From an uncultured Opitutia bacterium (lineage in GTDB: Bacteria > Verrucomicrobiota > Verrucomicrobiia > Opitutales > UBA953), in NCBI GenBank assembly GCA_903910245.1, contig CAIVYX010000008.1, forward strand, positions 1 through 31,498: DNA of 31,498 bases. The letters are read 5' to 3'. The notes under the pieces are model-generated. The model saw nothing but the letters and a program-made list of their open reading frames with translations. It searched no databases and was not told where the DNA came from. Made by a program: the position numbers and the translations under genes. Below, one piece after another: positions 8,452 through 18,121 of this stretch; position 1 is the first letter of the stretch; each line of letters starts with the position of its first letter.

Positions 8452-9993
8452 ATGCCCAGTCCGTTCTACATCACCACGGCCATCGACTACGCCAACGGTT
8501 CGCCGCACCTCGGCCATGCGTATGAGAAAGTCCTCACCGACGTGATCTCGCGCCATATGCGCATGAGCGGCCGTAAGGTGCACTTTCTCACCGGTCTGGA
8601 CGAGCACGGCCAGAAGGTCCAGCAGACCGCCCTTAAGCGTGGCGTTGAACCCCAGGTCCTCGTCGATGAGATTGCCTCGGTCTTTAAGGGCATGCTCGCC
8701 GACCTGAATATCTCGCACGACGATTATATCCGCACGACCGAACCGCGTCACCAGAAGATCGTGCAGCAGTTCCTGCAGAAGCTCTTCGACCAAGGCCTGA
8801 TTTATAAGGGGCAGAAGACCGACTGGTACTCCACCCGCCAGGAACAGTTCCTCACCGACAAAGATCGCGCCCCGGACGGATCCTGGCCCGAGATCTACGG
8901 CGAGGTCACGCAGACGACCGAGGAGAACTACTACTTCAAGCTTTCCCAGTTTCAGTCCTGGCTCGTCGAGCACATCAAGTCGCACCCCGACTTCATCACG
9001 CCGCGCTTCCGCCAGAACCAAGTCCTCGAGTTCCTGAAGGAGCCGATGAATGACCTCTGCATCTCGCGTCCGAAGTCCCGCCTGACCTGGGGTATTGAGC
9101 TCCCTTTCGATACCGCCTTCGTCACCTACGTCTGGTTCGATGCGCTGACCAACTACTACTCTGCCGTCGTCGACAAGGGGCTCTGGCCCGCCGACGTCCA
9201 CGTCATCGGTAAGGACATCCTGTCGCCGCCCCACGCCGTTTACTGGCCCTGCATGCTCAAGGCCCTCGGTATCGAGCCGCCGCGCCAGCTGCTGGTCCAC
9301 GGCTGGTGGACCGTCAATAACCAGAAGGCTTCCAAGAGTTCCGGCAACGCCACCAACACCCTCGGCTTCGCCGCCTCCCACGGCGCCGACGCTTTCCGCT
9401 TCTACCTGTGCCGAGAGATGGTGGTCGGACAGGATGCAGACTTCTCGACGACCACTTTCGAAAACCGCTACAAGGCGGACCTCGGCAACAATCTCGGCAA
9501 TCTCGTCAACCGACTCCTCAACATGGTCGGCCGTAATTATGGCGGTTCGATCCCGGCTGCCGCGGCCGACGAAGATCTCGAAAAGAACCTCCGGCAGCTC
9601 TGGAGCGTTTCCATCAAGAAGTACGACGAGTCGTTTGCCGAATACCAGGTCAGCCACGCCCTCGAAGCCCTCTGGGTCTTCATCAGCGCCATGAACGCAT
9701 ACATCGAGGCCCGGGCGCCCTGGAAACTGGCCAAGTCCACTGACGTCGCCGATCGCGCTCGCCTCGATTCCTGCCTCGCGCATGTGGCGGAAGGCCTTCG
9801 CTTGGTCGGCACAATCCTCACTCCGGTGATGCCGGCCACCTGCGACAAGTTGCTGACCAACATCGGTCGCCCCGTCGCTACCCATTTCGAAGGCCAGCTG
9901 ACTTGGTCCGCTGCCTGCACGGGCTCAAAGGTCGCTGAAAAGTGCATCCTTTTCCCGCCGATTGAGGCTCCGGCCGAAACTCCTTCGGCCTGA
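8452..9993 (+). CDS. metG: Methionine--tRNA ligase, short form (513 aa, no C-terminal dimerisation/OB domain)
   Basis: MPSPFYITTAIDYANGSPHLGH (HIGH motif), LTGLDEHGQKV, DDYIRTT, DLCISR, YVWFDAL, IGKDI, and KASKS in place of KMSKS. ATG at 8452 chosen over the ORF-track start 8326. Confidence 0.97.
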   Translation: MPSPFYITTAIDYANGSPHLGHAYEKVLTDVISRHMRMSGRKVHFLTGLDEHGQKVQQTALKRGVEPQVLVDEIASVFKGMLADLNISHDDYIRTTEPRHQKIVQQFLQKLFDQGLIYKGQKTDWYSTRQEQFLTDKDRAPDGSWPEIYGEVTQTTEENYYFKLSQFQSWLVEHIKSHPDFITPRFRQNQVLEFLKEPMNDLCISRPKSRLTWGIELPFDTAFVTYVWFDALTNYYSAVVDKGLWPADVHVIGKDILSPPHAVYWPCMLKALGIEPPRQLLVHGWWTVNNQKASKSSGNATNTLGFAASHGADAFRFYLCREMVVGQDADFSTTTFENRYKADLGNNLGNLVNRLLNMVGRNYGGSIPAAAADEDLEKNLRQLWSVSIKKYDESFAEYQVSHALEALWVFISAMNAYIEARAPWKLAKSTDVADRARLDSCLAHVAEGLRLVGTILTPVMPATCDKLLTNIGRPVATHFEGQLTWSAACTGSKVAEKCILFPPIEAPAETPSA

Positions 9994-11370
9994 TTGGACA
10001 ATTCCCGCGGAGACCTTACCTTCCCGGCTGTGGATTCCGTCAAGACCATCGACGAAGTTGCCTTGTTGGCCGATGCTGAAAAACGCGCCGGCGGTGAAGG
10101 GTTTGTCAGCTACACCTTTCCGACGCCCGAACTCGATCCGCTGGCGGTGTTAGAGACGCTGAACGAACCGACGCCGCGTGGGTATTTCGAAAATCCTTCG
10201 CGTAAGCGTTCCCACGCGGCCGGCGCGCCGCTTCGCCAATGGGCGGGACGTGGTGACCAGCGCTTCGTCGAAGCCGACAGATGGCTTCGCGCACTCGATG
10301 CCAGCCTGACCTGCGTCGGCCCGCGCCCACGCGTCATCGCGACGTTCCCCTTCTACCCCGGCAGCGACACCGATGGCGCGCAGGCCAAACTCTTCCTGCC
10401 TAGCTGGCAGGTCGTCAGCGAAGATGGCCTGACGACGGTCACCCTCTGCGAACTGGCTGCCCCGGGTTGTGCCGCCCGACTGGCCATCCGCGCAGAAAGC
10501 TTCCGCAAGTTCAGCTACCGCTCCAATCCCCCACCCCCTCGCGCACCCGTCCCGACAGTCCTTTCGGAAGTCGGCGGATCATGGTTCCCGTCCGCGGTCG
10601 TCCGCGCGACCGAGTTGATCAAGGAAGGTTCGTTCGAGAAGATTGTCCTGTCACGCGCCTTCGATTGGCGCCGAGCCGAGCCCTTCAGCATCTACGCGAC
10701 GTTACACCGCCTGCGTCGCGGCAATCCGCAGTGCCACACTTTCCTCGTCGACGAGGCCGACGGCGCGTTTGTCGGTGCCACGCCCGAGACGCTACTTTCC
10801 CTCTTCGACGGCGCCGTCCGCTCGGAATCCGTTGCCGGCACGACCCGGCGCGGCGAATCAGCCTCTGAAGACGCCAGCCTGGCTGAAGCCCTCCTGTCGA
10901 GCGAAAAGGATCTCCGCGAACATAGCGCCGTTACCGCCTCGATCCTGCGACGCTTGCGCATGGTCGGCGTGCTGGCCGCGACCTCGCGTAACGCCGAACT
11001 CCTGCGTCTGGGCAACGTGATGCATCTCCGCACGCCGATCGAAGGTACCATGCCCATCGACCGTCGCTTCCTCGAGGTCGCCGGAGAACTTCACCCGACC
11101 CCCGCCGTCGGCGGTAAGCCGCGCGCCATGGCCCTTCCGTTCATCCCCGGATTCGAACCCCACCAGCGTGGCCTCTACACCGGTGCCGTCGGCTGGGTTC
11201 GTTCGGATGGTGCCTCAGGCAAGCTCTTCGTCGCCCTTCGCTGTGCCCGGCTCAAAGGTTCCGAAGCCCGCGCCTTTGCCGGCGCCGGTATCGTAGCCGG
11301 CTCAAATCCTGATGCTGAGTCGACGGAAACAGAGATGAAGCTACGGACAATCCTGGAAGCGTTGTTCTAA
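9994..11370 (+). CDS. menF: Isochorismate synthase (chorismate-binding MST family)
   Basis: EKIVLSR, FVGATPETL, VAGT, KDLREH, LHPTPAVGG, RGLYTG and AGAGIVAGS...E...K. The TTG start abuts the metG stop, so the exact start is uncertain. menF versus entC-type is not resolved. Confidence 0.85.
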   Translation: MDNSRGDLTFPAVDSVKTIDEVALLADAEKRAGGEGFVSYTFPTPELDPLAVLETLNEPTPRGYFENPSRKRSHAAGAPLRQWAGRGDQRFVEADRWLRALDASLTCVGPRPRVIATFPFYPGSDTDGAQAKLFLPSWQVVSEDGLTTVTLCELAAPGCAARLAIRAESFRKFSYRSNPPPPRAPVPTVLSEVGGSWFPSAVVRATELIKEGSFEKIVLSRAFDWRRAEPFSIYATLHRLRRGNPQCHTFLVDEADGAFVGATPETLLSLFDGAVRSESVAGTTRRGESASEDASLAEALLSSEKDLREHSAVTASILRRLRMVGVLAATSRNAELLRLGNVMHLRTPIEGTMPIDRRFLEVAGELHPTPAVGGKPRAMALPFIPGFEPHQRGLYTGAVGWVRSDGASGKLFVALRCARLKGSEARAFAGAGIVAGSNPDAESTETEMKLRTILEALF

Positions 11371-11372
11371 GA

Positions 11373-11810
11373 ATGAAGGTCGTTCTCCAACGCGTGCTCT
11401 CGGCTTCCGTGTCCGTGGAGGGAACCACCACCGGCAAAATCGGCCCTGGCTACCTCCTGCTTGTCGGCTTGGCCGCCGGCGATGACGCCGCCACCGTCCG
11501 CAGGTTGGCTGCGGATGTCTCTAAGGCCCGACTGATGCCCGACGATCAAGGCAAGATGGGCGTCAATCTTCGTGACGTCGGCGGACAGGCCTTAGCCGTG
11601 AGCCAGTTTACTTTGCTGGCCGATTTCTCCAGAGGAAATCGACCGTCGTTCAATGGCGCCGCCAAGCCAGAAGTCGCCAAAGCGCTGTTCGACTTGTTCG
11701 TCCAAGAACTTTCCATCCTCCTCGATCAGCCCGTGCCGACCGGAGTCTTTGGAGCCGACATGCAGGTCGAACTCGTGAACGACGGCCCAGTGACGGTGGT
11801 ACTTGAATAG
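11373..11810 (+). CDS. dtd: D-aminoacyl-tRNA deacylase
   Basis: MKVVLQRV, SQFTL, GNRPSF, GVFGADMQVELVNDGPVT (Gly-cisPro motif). Confidence 0.97.
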   Translation: MKVVLQRVLSASVSVEGTTTGKIGPGYLLLVGLAAGDDAATVRRLAADVSKARLMPDDQGKMGVNLRDVGGQALAVSQFTLLADFSRGNRPSFNGAAKPEVAKALFDLFVQELSILLDQPVPTGVFGADMQVELVNDGPVTVVLE

Positions 11811-11858
11811 TTTAGGCTTAACCTCTGACCCCGTCATCGCTACGTCTGGAGGCCGCCC

Positions 11859-12617
11859 ATGCTTTCCGTCCGCATCATACCTTGTCTCGACGTCCATGGC
11901 GGACGCGTGGTCAAGGGCGTCAAGTTCGAGGAACTGCGTGATGCCGGCGACCCTGTCGCCGTCGCGGCGGCCTATGAGAAGCAAGGAGCCGACGAGCTTG
12001 TCTTCCTGGATATCACCGCTTCCAGCGACGAACGACGCACCATGGTCGACGTAGTTGAACGGACAGCTGACCAGGTCTTCATGCCGCTCACCGTCGGCGG
12101 TGGCCTTCGTTCCGTTGAAGACATCCGCACGATGCTCAATGCCGGCGCCGATAAGGTCTCCCTCAATACCTCTGCGATTAAGGACCCCGACCTCATCCTA
12201 CAGTCTGCACGTAGGTTCGGCAGCCAGTGTATCGTGGTGGCGATTGACGCGAAGAACGTCGGCCCGGGTAAATGGGAGGTCTTCACCCACGGCGGTCGCA
12301 ACGCCACGGGACTCGACGCCATCGAATGGGCCCGCAAGGCCCACTCCCTCGGCGCCGGCGAGATCCTTCTGACCAGCATGGATCGCGACGGCACTGCTGC
12401 CGGTTACGACATCCCGCTCAATCTTGCCGTCTCTTCGGCCGTCGAAGTCCCCGTGATCGCCTCAGGCGGCGCCGGTAACCTCAACCACATGGCTGACGTC
12501 TTGAAGCAGGGCGGCGCCAGCGCGGTCCTCGCCGCCAGCATCTTCCACTTCGGCACCTATACCGTCCGGCAGGCCAAGGAGCACCTCCGTGCCGCTGGTT
12601 TGCCCGTCCGGCTTTAA
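11859..12617 (+). CDS. hisF: Imidazole glycerol phosphate synthase cyclase subunit
   Basis: [67 protein letters not shown] Shine-Dalgarno 6 nt upstream. Confidence 0.98.
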   Translation: MLSVRIIPCLDVHGGRVVKGVKFEELRDAGDPVAVAAAYEKQGADELVFLDITASSDERRTMVDVVERTADQVFMPLTVGGGLRSVEDIRTMLNAGADKVSLNTSAIKDPDLILQSARRFGSQCIVVAIDAKNVGPGKWEVFTHGGRNATGLDAIEWARKAHSLGAGEILLTSMDRDGTAAGYDIPLNLAVSSAVEVPVIASGGAGNLNHMADVLKQGGASAVLAASIFHFGTYTVRQAKEHLRAAGLPVRL

Positions 12618-13930
12618 GCGAGGGGAGTCGGGACGGCTTTCGGCATCACCAGGATTTTATCGAGGCGGTGGCCATCCATGTCCACGACTTCGAAGATATA
12701 GCCTAAGGCCTCGACGCGGTCGCCTTCAGCCGGAATACGGCCAAGGGTGCGCATGATGAAGCCAGAGATCGCGGTGAAGCGGCCGGAGCCTTCGCCCGGG
12801 AATCGACCAATAATACCCGTAGCTTCCCGGAAATCGTCTAGCGAGACAACCGCATCAACGACCCAGCTACCATCATCACGGCGGCGGATTGGCTTGGGTT
12901 GAGCAATCGGCGAACCTTCGTTCGGAAGCTCGCCGACGACCGATTCAAGCACATCGTTCAAGGAGACGACGCCGCGGACTCGGCCAAACTCGTCCGTGAC
13001 CAGTGCGATATGAATCTTATCCTTGCGAAACATCTCCAGCAACTGCGTCCCCGTGCAGTTGGTCGCTACGGTCGGAGGCTCGGTGAGCAAGTCCTTGATC
13101 GAGGCGGTACCGACGAGTGAGAGGTTGGCCCAGAGACGTTTCACCGAAACGACGCCCAGCGGACGGTCTGGCGAACCTCGATAGACCGGAAACCAGGTGT
13201 GGCCCGAGGCCACGACCTTGCGCCAATTGACTTCGTCCGTGTCTTCAAGGTTAAGCCAGACGACGCGATTACTCGGCGTCATGAGACGCTCGGCGGTCAC
13301 TAGGTCAAGGGATAAGGCTCCGTGCACCATGCGATGCTCCGCCGCGTGAAGCACGCCGGAAGCCATGCCTTGATCGACCATCATGCGCAACTCATCTTCG
13401 GACATTGTGTCTTCAGGTGTACGCTTACGACCGAAGAGGCGCAGAATAATATCGGCGAAGAAACCCAGAGTGCTGACCAGTGGCGAGGCGAGAAACGAGA
13501 CCGCGATCATCGGTCGGGACAGCATCACCGCCAAGCTTTCCGGATTAGAGAGCCCGATTCGCTTGGGCACGATTTCAGCCAAGACGATGGTCAACGAACC
13601 AATCACGAAAGAGACCCCCGTGCGGGAGATGCCGTCCGCATTATCGTGCAGCCACGCCCAATTGCTGGCCTCAAGGTAGGGTTTGATATGCGCCGCCAGC
13701 GGCGCACCGCCGAAGGTTGCCGCGATGATACTCCCGAAAGTCAGTCCGACCTGGACGGTAGAGAGGAACTTAGAGGGGTTGGCGAGGAGCTCTAAGGCCG
13801 CCTTCGCCCCCTTGCTACCATCTTCGGCCAGACGGGTCAGCCGACGACGGTTAGAGGAGACGAGCGCCATTTCCGAAAGCTCGAAAATACCAATGGTGGC
13901 CCAACAGGCTAATATGACGAACAATTCCAC
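12614..13930 (-). CDS. Hemolysin-family/CorC-HlyC (CNNM-CBS-CBS-CorC) Mg/Co transport-associated membrane protein
   Basis: SEMALVSS...[50 protein letters not shown]-terminal [17 protein letters not shown] at 13930 is preferred because the ORF-track TTG at 13966 coincides with a TTGACT -35 box. Confidence 0.92.
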   Translation of the reverse strand: MELFVILACWATIGIFELSEMALVSSNRRRLTRLAEDGSKGAKAALELLANPSKFLSTVQVGLTFGSIIAATFGGAPLAAHIKPYLEASNWAWLHDNADGISRTGVSFVIGSLTIVLAEIVPKRIGLSNPESLAVMLSRPMIAVSFLASPLVSTLGFFADIILRLFGRKRTPEDTMSEDELRMMVDQGMASGVLHAAEHRMVHGALSLDLVTAERLMTPSNRVVWLNLEDTDEVNWRKVVASGHTWFPVYRGSPDRPLGVVSVKRLWANLSLVGTASIKDLLTEPPTVATNCTGTQLLEMFRKDKIHIALVTDEFGRVRGVVSLNDVLESVVGELPNEGSPIAQPKPIRRRDDGSWVVDAVVSLDDFREATGIIGRFPGEGSGRFTAISGFIMRTLGRIPAEGDRVEALGYIFEVVDMDGHRLDKILVMPKAVPTPLA

Positions 13931-13966
13931 GAAAACAGGCCTAGGGACGACGCGACCATCAGTCAA
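13931..13966 (-). promoter_or_regulatory. Putative leaderless promoter for the corC-like gene
   Basis: Minus strand: TTGACT-17 nt-TAGGCC-7 nt-GTG. Confidence 0.55.
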
Positions 13967-13972
13967 ATCCGC

Positions 13973-14010
13973 TTGTTCACATCCTCCCTCCCCCTACGTT
14001 CTATCCCTTA
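13973..14010 (+). promoter_or_regulatory. Putative promoter for nadB-panE (very short leader)
   Basis: TTGTTC(13973)-16 nt-TACGTT(13995)-10 nt-ATG. No Shine-Dalgarno. Confidence 0.5.
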
Positions 14011-15621
14011 ATGGCGACCCATTTCGAGGCAATCATCGTCGGCAGCGGCATCGGCGGGCTGAGTTTCGCGCTCAACCTCGCGCAACGCGGCCATTCCGTC
14101 GCCATCGTGACAAAGAAGACGAGCTCGGAATCGAACACGAACTGGGCCCAAGGCGGCATCGCCTGTGTCACCGATAAGACCGACGACTTCCAAAGCCACG
14201 CGAAGGACACCCTGACGGCCGGCGATGGCCTCTGCGACGTGGATGCCGTGAAGCATATCATCGAATCCGGCCCAGCCCGTGTCGCCGAACTCATCGCCTG
14301 GGGTGTCGAATTCGAGAACGGCACCGACGGCCGCCCCGATCTGGGACGCGAAGGCGGACATTCTCAGCGCCGCATCCTGCATGCCCGCGATATGACCGGG
14401 CGCGCCATTGAATCCGCGCTGCTCCGTGCCATCGCCCGCTCACCAAAGGTGGTGATGCTCGAGCACCACCTCGCCATTGACCTCATCACTCGCGCCAAGC
14501 TCGGAGCGTGCCCAATCGGCGCCGGCGATGACCGCGTCCTTGGGCTCCACGTGCTCAACACCAAGGCTGGCCGGGTCGAGACACTTTCGGCCGACGCCGT
14601 GGTCCTAGCTACCGGTGGCACCGGACAAGTCTACCAGTTCACGACCAATCCCGACATCGCTACCGGCGATGGCATCGCGATGGCTTACCGTGCTGGCGCC
14701 GAAGTGCGCGATATGGAGATGGTCCAGTTCCATCCGACCGCGCTCAAGGCTCCTGACGGAAGCCGTGCGCTGATCTCCGAAGCCGTCCGTGGCGAAGGCG
14801 CCATCCTGCGCGACGTATCTATGCGGGCGTTCATGAAGGACTTCCACCCGCTGGGTGACCTGGCTCCTCGTGACATCGTGGCCCGCGCCATCGACTCAGT
14901 CATGAAACGTGACGGCGCGCCGCACGTTTTGCTAGACGCCACTCAAGTGGCCAAAGGCCACTTCGCCGAACGCTTCCCGCATATCCACGCCACTTGCCTC
15001 AAGGCCGGCTTCGATCTCACCAAGCAGCCGGTCCCGGTGGTTCCCGCCGCGCATTATCTCTGTGGCGGTATCGCCACGGACCTCCGAGGTCAGACATCAT
15101 TACCGGGCCTTTTCGCCGTCGGTGAAGTCGCCTGCACCGGCCTGCATGGCGCCAATCGCTTGGCTTCCAACTCACTACTTGAAGCGGTGGTACTCGCCCA
15201 TGACGGCGCCGCCGCCGCTCACGATGAAATCATCAGCAAGCTCGCCCTATCGTCGCCCCTGCCTGCCTGGATTGATGGATCGGCCGGCGATCCCGATGAA
15301 CGCGTGGTGCTCACCCACAACTGGGATGAGCTCCGTCGCACGATGTGGGACTATGTCGGCATCGTCCGTTCCACCAAGCGTCTCCAACGCGCACGCACGC
15401 GTATCGGCACTCTTTCGGATGAGGTCCGGGAATATTACTGGAACTTCCGCGTCGAGCCTCGTCTGCTCGAACTCCGTAACCTAATCCAGGTGGCCGAACT
15501 CATTATCGACTGCGCTTTGCAGCGTCGGGAGAGCCGCGGCTTGCATTTCACGCTCGATTACCCGGCTAAGCTGGCCGAAGCGCGCCACACTTCCGTGCGG
15601 CGACCCCAAGGTCGTCCATGA
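14011..15621 (+). CDS. nadB: L-aspartate oxidase
   Basis: IIVGSGIGGL FAD motif, SNTNWAQGGIA, REGGHSQRRILH, VQFHPT, ISEAVRGEG, LAPRDIVARAI, PAAHYLCGG, GLHGANRLASNSLLEA, RRESRGLH. Confidence 0.97.
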   Translation: MATHFEAIIVGSGIGGLSFALNLAQRGHSVAIVTKKTSSESNTNWAQGGIACVTDKTDDFQSHAKDTLTAGDGLCDVDAVKHIIESGPARVAELIAWGVEFENGTDGRPDLGREGGHSQRRILHARDMTGRAIESALLRAIARSPKVVMLEHHLAIDLITRAKLGACPIGAGDDRVLGLHVLNTKAGRVETLSADAVVLATGGTGQVYQFTTNPDIATGDGIAMAYRAGAEVRDMEMVQFHPTALKAPDGSRALISEAVRGEGAILRDVSMRAFMKDFHPLGDLAPRDIVARAIDSVMKRDGAPHVLLDATQVAKGHFAERFPHIHATCLKAGFDLTKQPVPVVPAAHYLCGGIATDLRGQTSLPGLFAVGEVACTGLHGANRLASNSLLEAVVLAHDGAAAAHDEIISKLALSSPLPAWIDGSAGDPDERVVLTHNWDELRRTMWDYVGIVRSTKRLQRARTRIGTLSDEVREYYWNFRVEPRLLELRNLIQVAELIIDCALQRRESRGLHFTLDYPAKLAEARHTSVRRPQGRP

Positions 15622-16532
15622 AGATAGGTATCGTTGGAACGGGAGCTCTCGGAGGATGGTATGCCGCGCTGCTCGCGGAGGCCGGACACGAAGTACACTG
15701 CCTTGCCCGGAGTGATTTCGATATTATCCAGCAGAACGGACTCACCATCCGGAACAAGAGTCAGGAAAGAATCGTGCGGGTCGCCTCCGCCTCGCCTGAC
15801 GCCGCTTCAATCGGTCCATGCGATCATATCGTCGTCACGATAAAATCGACCTCGAATCATGCCCTCCCGGCGCTCGTGACCCCGCTGCTTGGCCCAGCCA
15901 CGGTCGTCGTGACCCTCCAGAACGGCATGGGCAACGTCGAGGCTTTGGCCAAGCTGCTTCCCGTCGAGCGCATCGTCGCCGGCCTCTGCTTCGTGTGTAT
16001 CAACCGCCTCGCCCCGGCCGTAATCGACACGACTCTCGCCGGTTACGTCCGGATGGCCGCCGCCACCGGCCCCATCAACTCTGCCGTCGAAACCTGCGTG
16101 GCCATTTTTTCAGGAGCCAGCGTGGATTGCCAGGCGGAGACTTCGCTCGAGTCCGTCCTCTGGAAGAAGCTTTGTTGGAATATCCCATTCAACGGACTCT
16201 CCATCGCGGGTGGCAGTATCACGACTGACCTAATCCTCGCTAACCCTGCGCTAAATGAGCGGGCCCACCTTCTCATGAAGGAGGTACAAGCGGCGGCTAG
16301 CGCCCGTGGCCATAGTTTCGAGGACACTCATATTAAACGTCAGTTCGTGGTCACGGTCGGGATGGGTCCCTATCGTCCCTCCAGTCTCATCGACTTCATG
16401 GAGGGCCGGGAGGTCGAAGTGGAGGGCATCTGGGGCGAACCGCTTCGACGCGGTCTCGCCGCTGGTGTGAAGATGCCGGAGACCGCAAAGCTGGTCGCCG
16501 AGATCAAGGCACGCATCGCCGCACGCAAGTAA
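15618..16532 (+). CDS. panE: 2-dehydropantoate 2-reductase (ketopantoate reductase family)
   Basis: IGIVGTGALGG, VTIKS, TLQNGMGN, WKKLCWN, SSLIDF...EVE. ATGA overlap with nadB. Confidence 0.88.
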   Translation: MKIGIVGTGALGGWYAALLAEAGHEVHCLARSDFDIIQQNGLTIRNKSQERIVRVASASPDAASIGPCDHIVVTIKSTSNHALPALVTPLLGPATVVVTLQNGMGNVEALAKLLPVERIVAGLCFVCINRLAPAVIDTTLAGYVRMAAATGPINSAVETCVAIFSGASVDCQAETSLESVLWKKLCWNIPFNGLSIAGGSITTDLILANPALNERAHLLMKEVQAAASARGHSFEDTHIKRQFVVTVGMGPYRPSSLIDFMEGREVEVEGIWGEPLRRGLAAGVKMPETAKLVAEIKARIAARK

Positions 16533-16536
16533 GGCT

Positions 16537-16974
16537 TCAACGTCCGAGCATCCCTACCCCCTCACGAACGAGGTCGGCGATACGCTCCTTGGACAGTAAG
16601 CTGGCTTGCGCATCAGAGATTACAAGAAACGAGCCCAGCACCCTGCCGCTCCGGTCCACCAAGGTCAGGCGAAGCGAAACCTTGCCGACGGGAATGCCGG
16701 CGCTCACCGGACGCGCGTACCAAGCGGCGTACAGGATCGCATCCGCTCCGGCCGGCTCCGTGGCCGCCACATATCCGCGGGACTGGAGCACCCGGACCGA
16801 TGTGTCATGGATGACGTCGCCGCAAAGGGCGAGGGCTGGCGAGGGGGCGCCGATGGCTTCCTGGACATAGACGCTTCGCACCAGGACAGGCGGGGCGTCC
16901 GGACCGACGCAGCCGGCCAGACCGAGCACAAGGCAGCCCAGTAAGCGGCGGGTCACCTGCCTGAATCGGTGCAT
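16537..16974 (-). CDS. Putative lipoprotein (145 aa), possibly DUF4136-like fold
   Basis: Basic N-terminus, hydrophobic stretch and lipobox LAGC (MHRFRQVTRRLLGCLVLGLAGC). LQSRGYV...ADAIL...LRLTLVDRSG pattern. Start set at ATG 16974. Confidence 0.6.
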   Translation of the reverse strand: MHRFRQVTRRLLGCLVLGLAGCVGPDAPPVLVRSVYVQEAIGAPSPALALCGDVIHDTSVRVLQSRGYVAATEPAGADAILYAAWYARPVSAGIPVGKVSLRLTLVDRSGRVLGSFLVISDAQASLLSKERIADLVREGVGMLGR

Positions 16975-17008
16975 AACTTGTTTATTACCCGTTCTCGCTC
17001 CGGGACAA
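16975..17008 (-). promoter_or_regulatory. Putative leaderless promoter for the lipoprotein gene
   Basis: Minus strand: TCCCTGC-TTGTCC-15 nt-TAATAA-7 nt-ATG. Confidence 0.45.
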
Positions 17009-17029
17009 GCAGGGACATGATGGGACCTG

Positions 17030-17065
17030 TTGACCTTTGGGGTCAGCAACACTCCCCTTCACGCA
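17030..17065 (+). promoter_or_regulatory. Putative leaderless promoter for the HAD-DciA fusion
   Basis: TTGACC at 17030 lies 36 nt before ATG 17066. The -10 position (TCCCCT) is weak. No Shine-Dalgarno. Confidence 0.45.
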
Positions 17066-18121
17066 ATGGCCCGCGTCCAAGCCGTCACCTTCGACCTAGC
17101 AGGCACCCTGCTCTTCCCGCACCCCTCGGTCGGTGCCGTGTATGCGGCCTGTGCGAAGCGACATGGCATCGAAATTGAAGCCGCCGTCCTGGACGCGTCA
17201 TTCCCGCTGGCGCTCAAGGGCGGCCCGAAGAACGCCAAGCCCGAAGTATTCTGGAAGGAAGTCGTCCAGCGTTGCTTTGGCCCAGCGCTTCCAGCTTCCA
17301 AGATCGATCCGGTCTTCAAGGAGTGCTGGGACGCGTTCGCTCGACCAGAATCCTGGCGTATGGCTGCTGGTTCGCTCCAGGCGATTTCCGCTATCCGTTT
17401 CCTCGGCGTGAAAGTCGGGGTACTTTCCAACGCGGATGCTCGCATGCGTAACGTGCTCGAAGGCCATGGGCTGACGCGACACCTGGATGGCATCTTCCTG
17501 TCCGGAGAATCCGGACACTCCAAGCCTGACCCTAAGGCTTTTGGTCAGGCTGCCCGTGCGCTCGGCAGCTCGGTCTCCGGCTTGGTGCACTTCGGCGACA
17601 GTCCGACGGAAGACGGCGAAGGGGCCCGGGATGCTGGAGCCACCGGAGTGGTCGTCGGCGGTGCGCATGCGCCGGATCGCTGCCTGCGCAACGAGAAGAT
17701 TTCCGAATCACCCTACGCGATTCGGGCCTTGCTCACCGAAGGTAAGCTCAAGGGGAAGTTTTCGCGTACCGTGCAGAACCTTTTGGCGAACCTCCGCGGC
17801 CTGCCTGAAGACCGCGGTCGCTCCACTGACCGCGCGATGAAGACAATCGACGACGCGGTGCTCGATGCCTTCAAGAAGCTCCGACTGGACAAACCCGTAC
17901 CGGAGACGGCCATCGTGGCCCATTGGCTGGAACTACTCCCGCTCAAGCTGGCCAGACGTTCCGCCCCGCTCCGCGTGCTCGAAGGCGGCAAACTCGTCGT
18001 CCAATGCGAGAACTCCGTGATTAAATCGGAAATCCGCTTCCACGAGCGGGCGATGCTGGCCAAGATTAGGCTGCTGCGCGGATGTCAGGAGGTCAGGACG
18101 ATCAGCTTCGTGAACGCCTGA
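17066..18121 (+). CDS. dciA: Fusion protein: N-terminal HAD-IA (REG-2/HDHD3-like) hydrolase plus C-terminal DciA/DUF721-like domain (351 aa)
   Basis: HAD motifs I VTFDLAGTL, II VLSN, III SKP, IV FGDSPTEDGEGA. From about 17753 the sequence reads KFSRTVQNLLANLRGLP...AIVAHWLELL...LARRSAP...GKLVVQCENSVIKSEIRFHERAMLAKIR...GCQEVRTISF, the DUF721 pattern W-x3-(V/L)...L-V-(V/I)...S-x3-(S/Q)-E-(L/I). There is no internal stop. Confidence 0.75.
   Translation: MARVQAVTFDLAGTLLFPHPSVGAVYAACAKRHGIEIEAAVLDASFPLALKGGPKNAKPEVFWKEVVQRCFGPALPASKIDPVFKECWDAFARPESWRMAAGSLQAISAIRFLGVKVGVLSNADARMRNVLEGHGLTRHLDGIFLSGESGHSKPDPKAFGQAARALGSSVSGLVHFGDSPTEDGEGARDAGATGVVVGGAHAPDRCLRNEKISESPYAIRALLTEGKLKGKFSRTVQNLLANLRGLPEDRGRSTDRAMKTIDDAVLDAFKKLRLDKPVPETAIVAHWLELLPLKLARRSAPLRVLEGGKLVVQCENSVIKSEIRFHERAMLAKIRLLRGCQEVRTISFVNA

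Noticed and set aside
8437-9885. 482-aa antisense ORF over metG
   Set aside because: It is in codon register with metG and is explained by avoidance of TTA/CTA/TCA codons in a GC-rich gene. It has no recognisable motifs. The same applies to other long shadows such as 6660-7361, 23935-24600 and 30341-31213.
11200-11250. Isochorismate synthase GKLFVALR in place of the usual GEFxVALR; also LpxK DDGLQY near 30770
   Set aside because: Other catalytic motifs are intact, and I cannot show that these substitutions are unusual without an alignment.
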